From the NCBI GenBank assembly GCA_965153455.1, contig OZ234493.1, positions 29,502,213 to 29,566,212 of the forward strand: a stretch of DNA of 64,000 bases, read 5' to 3'. The DNA comes from Sphagnum compactum (taxonomy: Eukaryota). Below, one piece after another: positions 12,791 through 26,192 of this stretch. The translations under genes were made by a program, and so were the position numbers. Numbering within the stretch: the first letter of the stretch is position 1; each line of letters starts with the position of its first letter. The notes under the pieces were generated by a model. That model was not told the origin of the DNA and did not search any database. It was given only the letters and a program-made list of their open reading frames with translations.

Positions 12791-13959
12791 CTATGAGTTG
12801 CAATTTATTTTTTTTTCAATTTTTTTGTCCCAAAAGCATATTTTTTGAAAGTTTTATTTGTGGCATTATTCATATAAACTTTGTGGGTTGTCCTTTTAGG
12901 ACTTCCGAATTGAAAAATGATATAAGTTTTTGTTAATGTAAGTGTTGATGTAGATTTGTGGGGATTTTTAAGTGATTGAACATTTAGTAGTTAAAGATTA
13001 CAATAAACACATTTAAAATCATCCAAAAGTGAGCCATTGTCGTTTGCATTTACCTTCTTCTAAACTCTTGTATTGTTATAGGTGTTGAAGGGGAACATCA
13101 ACATCATCATCTATGGAAACATGCTTGAGGATTTTATGATGTTGCCAGTGGTGAATGTTATAGTTGTTGTCAGGTGCAAATACACACAAAGGAGCCAACG
13201 AGATTATTTAACAAAAGGAGTGTGAGTCTTTTTTTTAGTTTTTTTTCATTTTTTCATATAAATTTTTTTTGAATGAAATCTTTAGTAACTTGTTATTTAA
13301 AATACATATAGTTACACCAATAAACCATATGTTTTGTGGTAATCATTGTTGAATAAATATGAATTTTTCAAAATGTGTAAATTTTACCAAATTTTGTGTT
13401 TCATTTTGAAAATTCATCATAATTTTGAAATAGACCAAAATATGTTAATCATTTTAGGTTTTTGTTTCTTGAATCATAAACTACAACTTGTTTTGTATGG
13501 CATGAACATTACACCCCATTTACATGTGATAAAAGATTTTGGAAAGTTTTAAAACTTGAAAAATACTTTGAATTTCTAAAGATGTCAAATTCCATATCTT
13601 TTAAATTGTGATTTTTTTCTGAATGTGGGTAATAGGTTACTATCATCTAAATTTTTTTACCATCAAAATTATTTTATTAAAAAAGTCCTTTACCTAGTCC
13701 TTTGTAAAATTAACCACATCTGATGCAACACCTATTCAAGTTGAAACAACTTATATTAATACCAAAACCCAAAATTCAATTTAATGAACTTTTAATTTGA
13801 ATTCCTCAACATTTGTATTAATCATTTGGCACAACTTGGAAGTATTAACATAACTTTAAAATGTCAAAAAAAAACATATGTAAAAAAATTCATAGTTTTA
13901 CCACTATTCGACATGGTTTTTGGCATTTAAATACATATTTGCACCCTATCATCATCGTC

Positions 13960-16900
13960 TATCGTGGAAGGTTGTGATGTGTTGCCAAGCCGAGATTGAA
14001 TGATTCCATTTCATGTTCAATTAACCCTTGCAATCGCAACAACATTATGAAGCAAACACTGACCATGAACATGAGCCTATGAACATGAGAATGTGAGCAG
14101 GAATGGATATTTTTGGAATATTTTGATGACGTGGACAAAATATTACTAAAATATCCATGTGCCACGTAGGAATGACATGGAAAATATTTTGTCACTTGTA
14201 CTTGGATGAAAGTCATAAAATGGTCTCATTTGCTTCCATACATGTCACATTATCGAAATTCCTAATGTGTTTCATGTCCCTCATCTTGCCAAGAATTTTT
14301 TATGTTAGTTTAAAAGGAAATAGTTTGGGGGAAGCGACATTGAATTCTTTCATGATCATGGCATGGTGAAAACAACAACAAAAAGACAAAAGGTTATTTT
14401 TCGTTGTAATCAAGTGGGATTTTTATATCCCATTGGTGAGGGAGTCTCCCCAACATAAGTCAACTCCATTGTTTGCCATAACAATGATGTAAACGTCATT
14501 AAGTGGTGTTATCACTTAGGTCACTTACACATTTGTGCCATGCATGAAATGAAGAAAAGAAATACGATAACCAAAATTCAAAATAATTTCCAACACTCAT
14601 TCCACAACTTTCCATGTTGTGAAGGATGTGTTGTTGGCAAACAACACAAAACTCTATCTTCTCAAGGCAATAACTTTTGAACTAAAGTTGCACTTGAACT
14701 CGTACATTTTGACATTTGTGGTCCCATGTAGAAAAAATCTTTGAATGGATTTGTCTACTTTGCAAGGTTCATAGATGACTACTCATGGTTCATTGTAGTT
14801 TATTTCCTCGAGAAAAAATCTGATGTGTTTTCAATGTTTCAATCTTACAAAGCCTTTTTTGAAAGTCAAACATGAAATAAAATCAAATGTTTAAAATTTG
14901 ACAATGGAGGTGAATATACATCTAGTCATTTTATCAAAATTTGTGAAGACCATGGCATATCTAAACAATATATTATGCCATATACATTTAAACAAAATGG
15001 GGTGTCAGAGCAAAAGAATAGCACTTTGGTTTAAGCTATTCAAAGCATGTTTACAACAACTAAATTATCACATATATTTTGGTTGAGACTATTGCTACAA
15101 CTTGTTACATTCAAAACCAATGCTACACATCCTTGATTCTTGACAAAACACCATTTGAATTATGGGTAGGCATGCAACTTAATTTGTGTCATCTTCATGG
15201 TTTTGGATGCCCTGCATATGAACATGTGCTAGATGAGAAACGACAAAAGCTTCACTCAAAAACACACAAATGCATTTTTGTTGGCTATGGGGAACAATAT
15301 GGTATTAAAGGCTATCGTTTGTATGATCAAACCTCACGTTTATTCTCTATGAGCATGAATGTTATCTTTCATGAAAAAGTTTTGTTTCCTACCCCATCTA
15401 TGGAAATCTCCAAATCCTCACCACCATTTCAAGATCATGTGTATGATGCGCCTTGGGAATGGCCTTCCCTTATACCACTTCAACTTACTCCTCTTGCTTT
15501 ACCTCCAAACCCAATTGTTGTATCCACCTTGCCAATACAACCCATACCTCAAACACCACCTCCATTCCTAGAACCTATTCCTCCTAATACTCTTCACCTT
15601 ATAATGAACACATTGAACCTGAATTCCCTAATGATCCATTTGATCAAATTATCTCTTCCATTGCAAGACCTTTGAGGATATGTTCCTCCCCTCACCACTC
15701 GGATTACAAAAGGGAAAAATACCAAGTATAAAGATTACTTTGCAAACTTGGTGACCATTTTTGATTTCCAAATTAATGAACCAACCACAATTCATGAAGC
15801 CTTGACTAGTTCAGAGGGGGAACAATGGAAAGAAGCTATGGAATTTGAGTATATTTCATTATTAAAAAATCAAACATGGAGGCTGGAAACACTACCACCA
15901 AGTAGGTCAAGTGTTAGTTGCAAGTGGGTTTTGAAAAGGAAGTATCACCGTAATGGTACAATATTTCGATACAAGGCTTGATTGGTTGCTTGTGGATTTA
16001 CCCAAATCCAAGGAATTGATTATGGTGAGACATTCTCGCCTGTTGCATCATTAACAACAATGATTGCATTTGCAGCTACACATAATCTTCACATTCACCA
16101 AATGGACGTGAAGAAGGCATTCATAAATGGAACTTTAAATGAAGAAATTTACATGTTTCACTGGAAGGCTTTGTTCATCCAAATCACCCAAAAAAGTTTT
16201 TTAGACTTTTCAAAACAATTTATGGGTTAAAATAATCATCATGAATGTGGTATGAAAGATTAATTCTTACATTTTGCAAAATGGGTTCACAAAATGTGTT
16301 GTTGATCCTAATGTTTATATCAAACGTATTTTAACGCAGTTTGTCCATCTATAGCTTTATGTGGATGATTCCATACTTGTGAGTGATGATGAACTTTTCT
16401 TACATGACAAAATCTGAGCTCTCCCATGCATTTGAAATGACTGATATTGGCCCCATTGAACTTTGTCTCAAAATCCAAGTAATGAGGGATGTCACAAACC
16501 ATTCCATTCATTTGTCCCAAAAGAAATATCTTACATATATTCTCAAATGTTTTGGGATGATGGATTGTAAACTTGTTGATACTCCTTTACCGATTGAACA
16601 AAAGCTCACAAAAGAAATGGGTCCAAAAGACATACATGAAGCAGACTTGATGAAAACTATATTGTATGTTGAAGCAGTTGGTTGCTTCATGTATGCAATG
16701 ACAAGTACTCGTTCAGATCTTGCTTTCCTAGTAGGACAAGTTGTTCAATTTATGGCAAATCCTGGACTAGCTCATTGGACAATAGTAAAACACATATTTC
16801 GTTACATATAAGCCACTAGAGATATGGGAATCAAATATGATGGTGAAGGCTCAAAACAAGATATGTTAAAGATTCAAGGATGGACTGACTATGCTAGGCC

Positions 16901-17590
16901 GGAGATCAAGACTTTTGCAAGTCTACATCCGGATACATATTTCTACTTGCAGGAGGTGCAATTTAGTGGCAATGCAAAAAGAAAACTATTGTTGCCTTTT
17001 CCTCAACAGAAGCAAAATACATTGCAGTTGCTTTTGCAACAAAGGATGTATGGTTAACACAACTCATGAAGGACCTTGGATTACTTCAATTGCAACCTAT
17101 TTCACTCATGTGTGATAATCAATCGTGCATTGTGCTATCAAAAACAACTAAGGACCATGATCGCACTAAACATATAAACATCAAGTATCACTACTTGTGG
17201 GAGAAGGTTGCAAGCTTAGAGATTGAATCTAAATATTGTCCTATAGAGCAAATGCTTGCACATGTCCTCACAAAAGCTCTTCCCAAACCAAAGCATCAAT
17301 TTTGTGTAGAAGGGAGAGGATTGACAGTTCCAAACCCTAAAGTATGATTATGTCTTCTCAATAAGAGGGGGTGTTAAGGATAGAAATTTATTGAGGTATA
17401 ACTCGAATAGACATACCCTTTCATAGGCTCGGGTTATGTCTGGAACTCTTAACTACGTCTTCATTGTTGTTTGACATTTAATTCATTATGCCTTTGCAAT
17501 ATAAAGAGCTTGCTTACTCTCTCTCCATGTATGTTTGTAATTCAAAACAAGGAGATCCATAGTGATCTTATTCATCTTATGCCAATAGTC
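13960..17590 (+). mobile_element. Degenerate Ty1/Copia LTR retrotransposon (internal region plus 3' LTR; 5' LTR not seen)
   Basis: Copia domain order: pre-integrase (LGHL..CEGCVVGKQH, ~14510-14650), integrase (FIDDYS, DNGG, KTPFELW, KCIFVGY), RT (CKWVLKRK, GFTQIQGIDYGETFSPV, HQMDVK, LYVDD), RNase H (CDNQS, RTKHINIKYH, VLTKAL). Many stops and frameshifts. Polypurine tract AAGAGGGGG at 17363-17371 precedes TG at 17372. The 5' boundary and LTR end are approximate. Confidence 0.92.
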
Positions 17591-18479
17591 TTAGAAGTTG
17601 ATAGTTTAGTCAGCTATGAGCACTATGTAATAAGATGTATGGATGTGTGATATTGCTGTAACTGAATGACCCGGTTCTTTGAATTTAAGAACCATCGGGT
17701 CACTTGGCATACATAAAAACATATACCCTACCCTTCACTGCCGGTTCCTGGATCGAAAAAGTGGTAACTCCCAACACGCATAAAGACCCGTGTGGGTTGG
17801 CCCGGGTATCAACTTATGAACATGCCACCAACCAGGACTGGTGTTGGACCTTTTTCAAAAGAAAATAAAATCATACCAGCCATATCATGTTTGAATCAAG
17901 TGGTGATTCATCGATAAATACATTTAGCCAAATTTGGCGATATTACAAATATGAAAGTAGAAAAGTTTAAGTATCCTTCCACATTGTAAGCAAATTGTGG
18001 CAATTTTTGGCGATTTAATAAAAAAAATTTCGCTTTTTAGACCAATTTTTTTTTCCCCCCCAAAAACAGGGAATTTGTGACAGTGTGTGAGGCCGGGCAT
18101 TAGAAATTGCGCGGAACCGCTCTCCGGGTATCATTTCAGGGTATCACGTTGATAACCGTGGTTATAAAACGCGTACCTTCGGCGCGGGTACCGACTACCC
18201 GACGTGGGTGCGGGTTCACCCTGGCCCTAAACACCCCTCCCTCAGTGTCGATCACTTGTTAAGTTCTCAAAGTTCTCAAAGTTCTCGAAGTTCCCGCATG
18301 AGCGAGGAAGAGAACGAGGAGGAGGAGGAGTAGCAAAATGAAGAGTGGGAGGGGGTTTTGTGCGGTATTTTTTCTTTCTTTCTTTTCCGGGTTTGCAAGC
18401 TGCTGCATTGGTTGTGGCTGTTGAAGCACGCGTGCACGACGACAACCCATCCAGCCACAGGAGGAGGAGGAGGAGGAGC

Positions 18480-18484
<5 letters not shown>

Positions 18485-18528
<44 letters not shown>
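18485..18528 (+). repeat. (GA)n microsatellite in the MTA 5' leader region
   Basis: About 22 GA units read directly. Similar SSRs: (CT)n ~5259-5292, (TA)n ~10088-10118 and ~38313-38337, (GA)n ~45968-46002, (TTC)n ~4309-4343. Confidence 0.95.
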
Positions 18529-18534
<6 letters not shown>

Positions 18535-18702
18535 CAAGGATTTGCAGACACAACAGGCGATGTGGCAGAGAAAAGGGTATTGCGCACGGGTACAGACGGA
18601 GGAGGGAAGTTGAAGAAGAAAGATCTATATGGGAAACACCATCATCGTCGCTTTCAGGCTGTTGTTGTTGATGTTGTTGCTGGCACTGGAGCAGAACCAA
18701 AC

Positions 18703-18713
18703 TAGGGTTTAGG
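18703..18713. promoter_or_regulatory. Telo-box-like motif immediately upstream of the MTA start codon
   Basis: TAGGGTTTAGG, the reverse complement of CCTAAACCCTA. Telo-boxes are common near the 5' ends of plant genes for translation and RNA processing. Function here is untested. Confidence 0.4.
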
Positions 18714-18714
18714 T

Positions 18715-21700
18715 ATGGAGGGGCGTATGGAGGTGAACGAGGACATGATGAAGATCAGGGAGCAGCTGCGACAGCTGCAAGAGAGGGTAGAGAGTGCTCG
18801 GCGTACGGGAGAAGAGCAGTTCAGGAGCCTCCTGAGTGTGGTGCCCGATCTTGAGCGTGGTATTGAGCTTTCCCTTAAGGTATTGAATACTAGTTTTCCC
18901 TTCCTCCCAATGCCTCCTGATTCTCTGGTATTGATCTTCTTTTTCCAAGGAGTGCAAGAGTAGTAGAGTCGGTTGGTTGACCTAATTTGTTTGGAGTCGG
19001 GAGTGAAATAGTGGTGTGACAGAATTAGGTCAAGTCTGTTTCTTTAGGTCAATCCCTGAGAGAGAGAGAATCTTGGGTTTGGTTTGGATTTCCAGGTAGC
19101 TTCAGCATTTGGGGGCTTAGAGCTGAAGAGCAAGGAAAGAGTGGAGAAAAATGAGAAATCCAGCTCCGAGGCTCAGAAAATGGAAGTTATTCGAGCTGGT
19201 ACTGGTGAGCAGAGGGAGTCCTTGTTGACACCGAGCTCTGTGGGTCCATTCTTGGAGCCTGCTTTCAGAGGAGTGGGAAACTTTTCTGGAGGAGCTCTGC
19301 CCAATGGAGCTACAGAGCACCGAGGCATTCTTCGAGCACCTTTTAAAGCTAACGGGGAGCATCAGGTTGGGATTGGGGGTCCAAGGGGTGGCCCTGGAGA
19401 TTTTTGGGGTGGTGATATGCCAATTGGTGATGGATGGGGTACTGAGAACTGGGAAGGAGGTGGAGGATGGGATGGAGGCAGAAGTGGAGCTCCATCTATG
19501 AATGCTCTAGGGTTTCTCAAGAGCATGGTTGCAGCTTGCTTGTTGGATCATTCAACAGCTTTGCCAGTAGATTCAGGAGCTATTTATCACCGACTAGTAG
19601 CAAAGGACATGAACCTGATGGAGAGGGATGCTATTACAGAAGTTGGTGGAGGAGGGGAGACAGGGGGTGTGGCTGCTGTTGAGCATGCACTTCATTCCCT
19701 TGCTGATGGACCTTATGGTGGAGGAATAGAGATTGATGAGTTTATAGTTGCAGGAATGCCACATCTTATGGTGGTGAACTTTGATAGAGCAAGACTCTTG
19801 AAGGAGCTTCCAGGTGGACATCCAGCTCATCGAATGGGTGATCCTCATCATAGGGGTGGTGACCCCCATCTCATGTCCATGGGACTAGGTCATGGGATGG
19901 ATACCAATTCTGGGCCTCTTGGGATGCCTGCAAGACCACCTGACATGTGGGTTTGTGGTGGAGAACCCCGAATGCAAGGAGGGGCTCCGTTAGCTGGCCC
20001 AGGATCACCCATGTTCCCAGGTGGGGGTGGTCCACCCCATATGGTTCCACGAGGGGGTCCAAGGGGAATGGGCATGCTTGGAATGCCAGGAGGTGGAATG
20101 GGCTTTGGAGGTTTGCCATCACCATTTCAGAGGCCTCCTATGGGTCCTGGTCCACATGGTTTACCAGGTGTCAAGAACCGGGGTGGGGAGGAGGATGATA
20201 TAGATGCACTGCTTAACAAGAAGTCTTTCAAGGAGTTGCAGCAATCTAAGACTGGAGAGGAGCTTTTGGAGCTTCTTCATCGCCCAACTGCAAAGGAAAC
20301 TGCTGTGGCAGCAAAGGTAGGTTTTGAACAAAATGAAGGACATCATTGTATTGTGCTCTCTGGAGTGCATATGCTGCATGATTTTGACCAGAGGCTGTAG
20401 ATAATGTGCAGAGTTTAACATCCTTGATTCACACTGATATCGTGCAGTTTAAGACAAAGGGTGGTTCAGCATTGAAGGAGTATTGCCCATCTCTCACAAA
20501 GGAAGATTGCCGGCATTATCGGAGCCACTATATAGCTTGTGAAAAGGTCTGATCCTGAGCTGGCCTGTTCAACTTTGTGTAATAATGAAGATGGTATCAA
20601 CTATCGTGAAGGTTGATGTTTTCTTTCTATGATCCTCATAAACAAGCTTGATGAGGACAAGCAGAAGGCCACCCTGGAGATCAGGGACTCAAGGACTATG
20701 CTTAGGACTCTTGTATTTTTGGATTCTGATGTCAAAAGTCATAAAGACTTTCCCAGCTGGAAAATTTATTTTTTATTTAGGAGGTATAATAGAACCTTTC
20801 TGTCTGGTTAATAATGTTATTAATGAGACGACTGACTGTTCCAGCCTTGGTGTAGATGTACTGAGAGGACAGAATCCGCATGTGCAAGTTTACACTTCAT
20901 GTCTGTGTGCTACCATCTTTTATCTGACCATTTACATGTTCTTCAGATGCATTTTCGACGCATTATTGCTCCTCACACAGACTCAAATCTGGGAGACTGT
21001 TCATTTTTGGACACATGTCGACATATGAAGGTGAAATAATCTCTTACAGTCCTATGCTGATGTACAGTTTTTCTCATGTTTCTTGAGTGCTAGCCAACAT
21101 CACGTCTGAGTCTTCCCATTGCTTCCGGAAAGGCAACAGAAACTCAGGACGCAGATTGTGTATAATGGTTTTCCCAAGTTTTTTGGGAAGATTATTATAT
21201 GCTTATCTACACCCACTGTTGGGAGCTGATGAACTCAGTGGGTAGTCATGGCAGCTCGTCGCTGCCGTTCGTGATGAAGGTGATGGTCTGTCACTTTGTG
21301 AGCGACTCTCATGAGGTTATGACTGCACTCATTGTCGTGTTACCTTTAATTGTTGTTGTGGAGATTTCTCTGCAACTTCATCGATCTTTTTCTCATGTTT
21401 CAGCTTTGGCTTTGGCTATTGTTAGGCCATCAGGGTGCTTGTCTGCACAGAAGGATAGGGTATTGTTGAATCCTTCATGCACACGAGGAAATGACCTTTT
21501 GCTTTTCTGGCAATTGAGTTGTTAACAAAGAAGACAGATTGGGTCATGTGGACTGTTAATCCATGAGGCTTATTGAATTGAACCTCATCTTTCTGCATTT
21601 TGGTATATTGTGGAAACTGTTATGGCCATCCTTCAGTAAAGTAAGCCTGTGTGTTTGGGATAGATTTTTCTTTTGTTGTAGGTTCCATGAGCACTACATC

Positions 21701-23427
21701 ACAATAACTTGTTATGTTTCTTTGCTGTTTACAGACATGCAAGTATGTGCACTATGAGTTAGACCCCATTCCTGATGTGCCCGACATGTTGATGGGGGCT
21801 CCAGGCTTGCCATCCCCACAGAGGCCTCTATCAAGACCCCAGCGTGCTGAGTATTGCTCAGATGCAGAGCTTGGTGAGCCTCAATGGATTCAATGTGACA
21901 TCCGCACTTTTAAAATGGATGTGCTTGGACAATTTGGGGTCATCATGGCAGATCCCCCTTGGGACATCCACATGGAGCTGCCTTACGGTACCATGGCTGA
22001 TGATGAGATGCGGAACTTGAATGTGCCAGCCCTTCAAACTGATGGCCTTATCTTTTTGTGGGTCACAGGCCGTGCAATGGAACTTGGACGTGAATGGTAG
22101 GCCCCCTCTGTGTTCCTTGTTTTCCTCCACCTGTCTTTTCTGTAGTGTATCTCTCTCCCAGCCAGTTTTCCTTGTGCACAGGGCCTGCATGTGATACAAT
22201 CAATAGAAGAACAACTTTGATCCTGTTAAGTTGCTCTTTTGTTGCAGCAAATAAGGAAACCCTAGCATGAAGTCAGTACTGAGATTGTGTACTCATTTTT
22301 CTGTAGTTGTGAAGTTTCTGTTTGCTGTGTGTTGTGTGTACTATTGTCAGCTTGGAGTTATGGGGCTATAAGAGAGTGGAAGAGATAATATGGGTGAAGA
22401 CAAATCAGTTGCAGCGCATTATCCGAACAGGGCGGACTGGCCACTGGCTGAACCACAGCAAGGAGCACTGCCTTGTTGGTATCAAAGGCCATCCTGATGT
22501 TAATCGCAACATTGACACAGATGTGATTGTTGCGGAAGTTCGTGAGACCAGCCGGAAGCCTGACGAGGTTCACTTCTGCATATCTATCTTCGCTGCATCT
22601 TGGATCTCCCTCTTTCATGCAACTGTCCATGTTCCTCAGTGTGCAATTGTATGGAGGGATTGCTAATCACAGAAATAAAAGCAGGGATGTTTTTGGAGCA
22701 TGTATCAGTGCTGAGGAATGTAACTGAATGTTTCCCTCTTGCAGCAACTTCTGGAATTCCGGTCTCATTAATGAAAATGGATCTCTTTGAAGCATTCTTC
22801 AGTGCTATACAGTAGATCACCCCAGAGTATGAATTGTAACATTTTTAAACTGTTTTCAGATGTACCCATTATTGGAGAGGATAAGCCCACGAACTCGGAA
22901 ACTGGAATTATTTGCGCGCATGCACAACACACATGCTGGGTATGTGTGTACTAACTGCTCCAGTATCTTGAAGGTCAACGACCTGATACTTTTGGGTGTG
23001 GAATATTCTTTTTTGCTTAGTCATTTTCACAGAATTTTAAGGTTTTGAGATCATTGTTTGCATCTCTTGTGGAGTGGCTCATTCTGTACACCCATGCTGC
23101 AGTTGGATATCACTTGGTAATCAGCTTCAAGGAGTACGGCTTGTGGATGAAGGCCTACGAGCACGGTACAAGGCAGCTTTTCCAGATCAAGAAATTCAGC
23201 CCCGTGACCCGCCCTCAAGAAGCACTGGTCAGCAAGATGGAAGAAATAGTGTCCATGACAACAATTCATCCTCTACACAGCCGAAGAGCTCTCCTGTTGC
23301 TTCATCTGCTGGTAAAGTCAGAATGGATGTCATGACAGCGACGACGACTATCACTATAAGTGGTGCAGTAATTGATTCAGGGCCAGATGAAAAACCCGAT
23401 GCTCAAGACACTGATATGCTGTCATGA
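18715..23427 (+). CDS. MTA: mRNA N6-adenosine methyltransferase catalytic subunit (MT-A70 family; MTA/METTL3 orthologue), 8 exons, ~850 aa
   Basis: Exons 18715-18879, 19096-20316, 20448-20546, 20947-21030, 21735-22096, 22351-22567, 22860-22939, 23103-23427, all GT-AG and in phase. CCCH-type zinc-finger region ([42 protein letters not shown]). Catalytic [17 protein letters not shown], plus [47 protein letters not shown] and GWISLGNQL. Confidence 0.97.
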
Positions 23428-26086
23428 ACTTGAATATAACTGGACCATCACTTATGCCAGTGATCTGTGCACCAGGAATTCAGTTTCCCCAAATCAGTGC
23501 ATTTTGAACGTTTCACAGATGGGCCTAGGTTTTAACCAGTGATAGAAGAGAAAGCAGAGTGGAAAAAATCAACACTCTGACACTTTCCCTCTCAAGGTGA
23601 ATAAGCTAGGTTCCAACTGCTGAACACAGTCATGCAGGATTCAGCAGTTAGTTCTATTCAGACCTGTGAAGTGCAAATGAAAATCAGACTCTTCAAAGAC
23701 AGTGAATGAGCAGGAGGTTGGGACAGTTACGGAGATTACTTCAGTTGTTTCTTTGGGGATTGAAAAGCTGTGTGACACAAGCATGAGATTGGAAGATGAG
23801 GAACATGATGTTACATTTTTGAATAGCTCAAACCATGAGAATTATCCTGAACAAATTCTTTTCAAGGGAGTATTGCCCTTGTTCCGAAAGGGAGATGGGA
23901 CTTTTGACTGGAGTGCCCATCAAAGTTCTGCACAGAATTGTGTATTTCAGCAGAAAAAGGGGATGCAAGAATTTGATCCCACATTTTGTCCTGGTTTCTT
24001 GTTGGCCCTTAACATTGTTTGCATGGACTTCTGATATGTAAGTGCCATTTCTGTATGAAAGATGGCTATGGATTTCATTGAGAAATTTTGGTGGAAATCC
24101 TACCTCTTTTTCTGTAACACAATCACATGGACAACTAGGCCCCTTTTCAAGCTTGCTGCTGACCTATTGCTTTTGTTCAATATGAAGCCACTTTGGTCTT
24201 GTTCATATGTGTCCACTTTGTTTGCAAACAAAGATGTGTGTAAAACCTGCCTGGAAGAGTTTAAAAGAGACCTGTATTGGAGACTTGTATGTATGGTTCT
24301 TAGGACAGGCATGCCTCTTTGCCTCCCCTCCAGGCTCAGGTTCAAGGTGGCAAGTTTAATCACGGAATTCAGTCAAGTATGGTTCTGAGGACAGGCACCA
24401 AGTGTTTGATGCCTTTCATATGTTTAAGAGTCTCCTAAGCATCTCAGTGGGATTGTGGCCTGGCACATTTTACACTTCTGGTTGATGGAACCCCTTTGTA
24501 GTTTGAGTAGCATCAATCTTGTCATTGAAGAAAGATTGATTTGTAAAGACTCAGCCATGATGCTGGCTGGCTAGCTAGCTTAACAAAACATCCAAAGAGA
24601 GAAGGAGATGACCACCAAAACCAGGAAGGAGGAAAATGAAAAGAAGAAAAACCAAAACACAATTGAACAAGGCAAAAGAGCGAGTGAAAGAGAGAAATAG
24701 AACAAGGCATCACAAACACGCTGGCCCTGCCAATAGATAAGATGTACATCTACTTACTGTGTCCACACTCTGAACACCAAAACAATCCATTCCAATCTAA
24801 ACAGTCTAAACACTTTCACCAAAGAATTCAGTTTATCTAAAGTGAAACTGGTTCTAATAAGGTAAAACTTCCAAAAGTTGGATCCTGTGGGGGCAGGGTC
24901 CAAAAAATAACTCTAAGAGCAAGTCAAAGATAAAATGGGTGTTTAGGAGTCTTTGATTCTTCCCATGTTTAACACCTCTTTTCACTGTTGGCAATTGCAC
25001 CTCTCCCCCCCCCCTCTTTCACTAGGCTGCCTCGCTGGGACAAGTTGCATGTATGTATTTCATTCCTGATCTCCATCTTCTTCACACCTCAGCCTCAGTT
25101 GAAGCTATTCTGACAGGTAGCTTCTGACAGGTTGCAGCGCCCTTGAAATCTATCTCAAGCTTTGTAAAATAGGCATTTTTTTTCCCTTAGTGCTAGGTAA
25201 TGCCTGAGGTTGAGGGCTTTACCAGAATAGGAGGACCACCCAAGGCAGCAGCCCCATTCTGGTTACAACCTCTCAGACCATACCGAGTGCATAAAGCAAC
25301 TGCCTCCCCTAATCAATTTGTATGGATGAACATTTCAGAATGAAATGTCCTTCCTTAAAACCACAAGATCCCTCCAGTGGAACCAAGTGAATCTTACCTT
25401 TTTAACTTAGGCTCCAAATACACTGAAATTTCTGGCAGTGCTGTAGGTTTTGGTGAGTGAACTAACAGTTAAATGTGTAATAGGGTTTGGTAGGTTTCTG
25501 AGGATTTTAGAAGATCAATGGAAACTCTTCCAATTTCTGGAGGACCCATCTCTGCTCTTCCAGAGATGCATATCCATTTTGCAACAACAGACCTACTTAC
25601 TGTTCTTACCTTTGATATCAAAACCTGCAGCAGCAAAAGATTGTCCTCAACATCTCTAGATGCAAATAGAATCAGAACCACAACTTCTAGTCTACAAATA
25701 CAAGACATACTTCTTTCTCTTTGGAAATCAATTGAGGACTTTCAATGTCAATGGATTTTACTCTTCTCCTCTGTATACCCTAAAAACCCTAAACCCTCCG
25801 CATACAACAAACACACACTAAAAATCTGCTCTGAAACTGAAATCCTTTGTCCCTTGTGATGATACAAATGAATCTTAAGAGCAAGCATTGACCAACCCAT
25901 TTGTAAGCACCTTCTTCTTCGTATCTCAGGGAAAGCTAGAACTTTTTCTTACCTCCATATCTGCTTCGCTCATCTGAGAGAGAATACAGCACCACCCCAC
26001 ACAGCCAGTTTGTTAGGGCCTCTTCATCTCCTCGAAAAGACAGAGCTCTTATCCTCCTCCATGTCTACAGGCAAAAATCAGTTGAA

Positions 26087-26192
26087 CTTATTTCATCTGA
26101 GATAGAAAACTGCTTCAAGGGAGGTTCTTGGGTTTGGGTCTTATTTCATCTGAGATAGAAAACTGCTTCAAGGGAGGTTCTTGGGTTTGGGT
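26087..26192. repeat. Perfect 53-bp tandem duplication
   Basis: CTTATTTCATCTGAGATAGAAAACTGCTTCAAGGGAGGTTCTTGGGTTTGGGT at 26087-26139 and 26140-26192. Confidence 0.95.

Noticed and set aside
18261..18295. AAGTTCTCA x3-4 repeat as a heat-shock element
   Set aside because: Only one correctly spaced TTCnnGAA pair; the 9-bp period does not fit the nGAAn array.
18242..18700. Several overlapping ORFs with SLSLSL/RERERE tracts
   Set aside because: Artefacts of the (GA)n and (GGA)n microsatellites in the MTA leader.
24062..24388. 108-aa ORF downstream of MTA
   Set aside because: No domain, and it lies just after the 24038 donor, so it is probably intronic or UTR sequence.
25779..25797. Telomere-like CCCTAAA runs (also ~38617 and ~43739)
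   Set aside because: Only 2-3 units each, which is common in plant genomes; not an interstitial telomere array.
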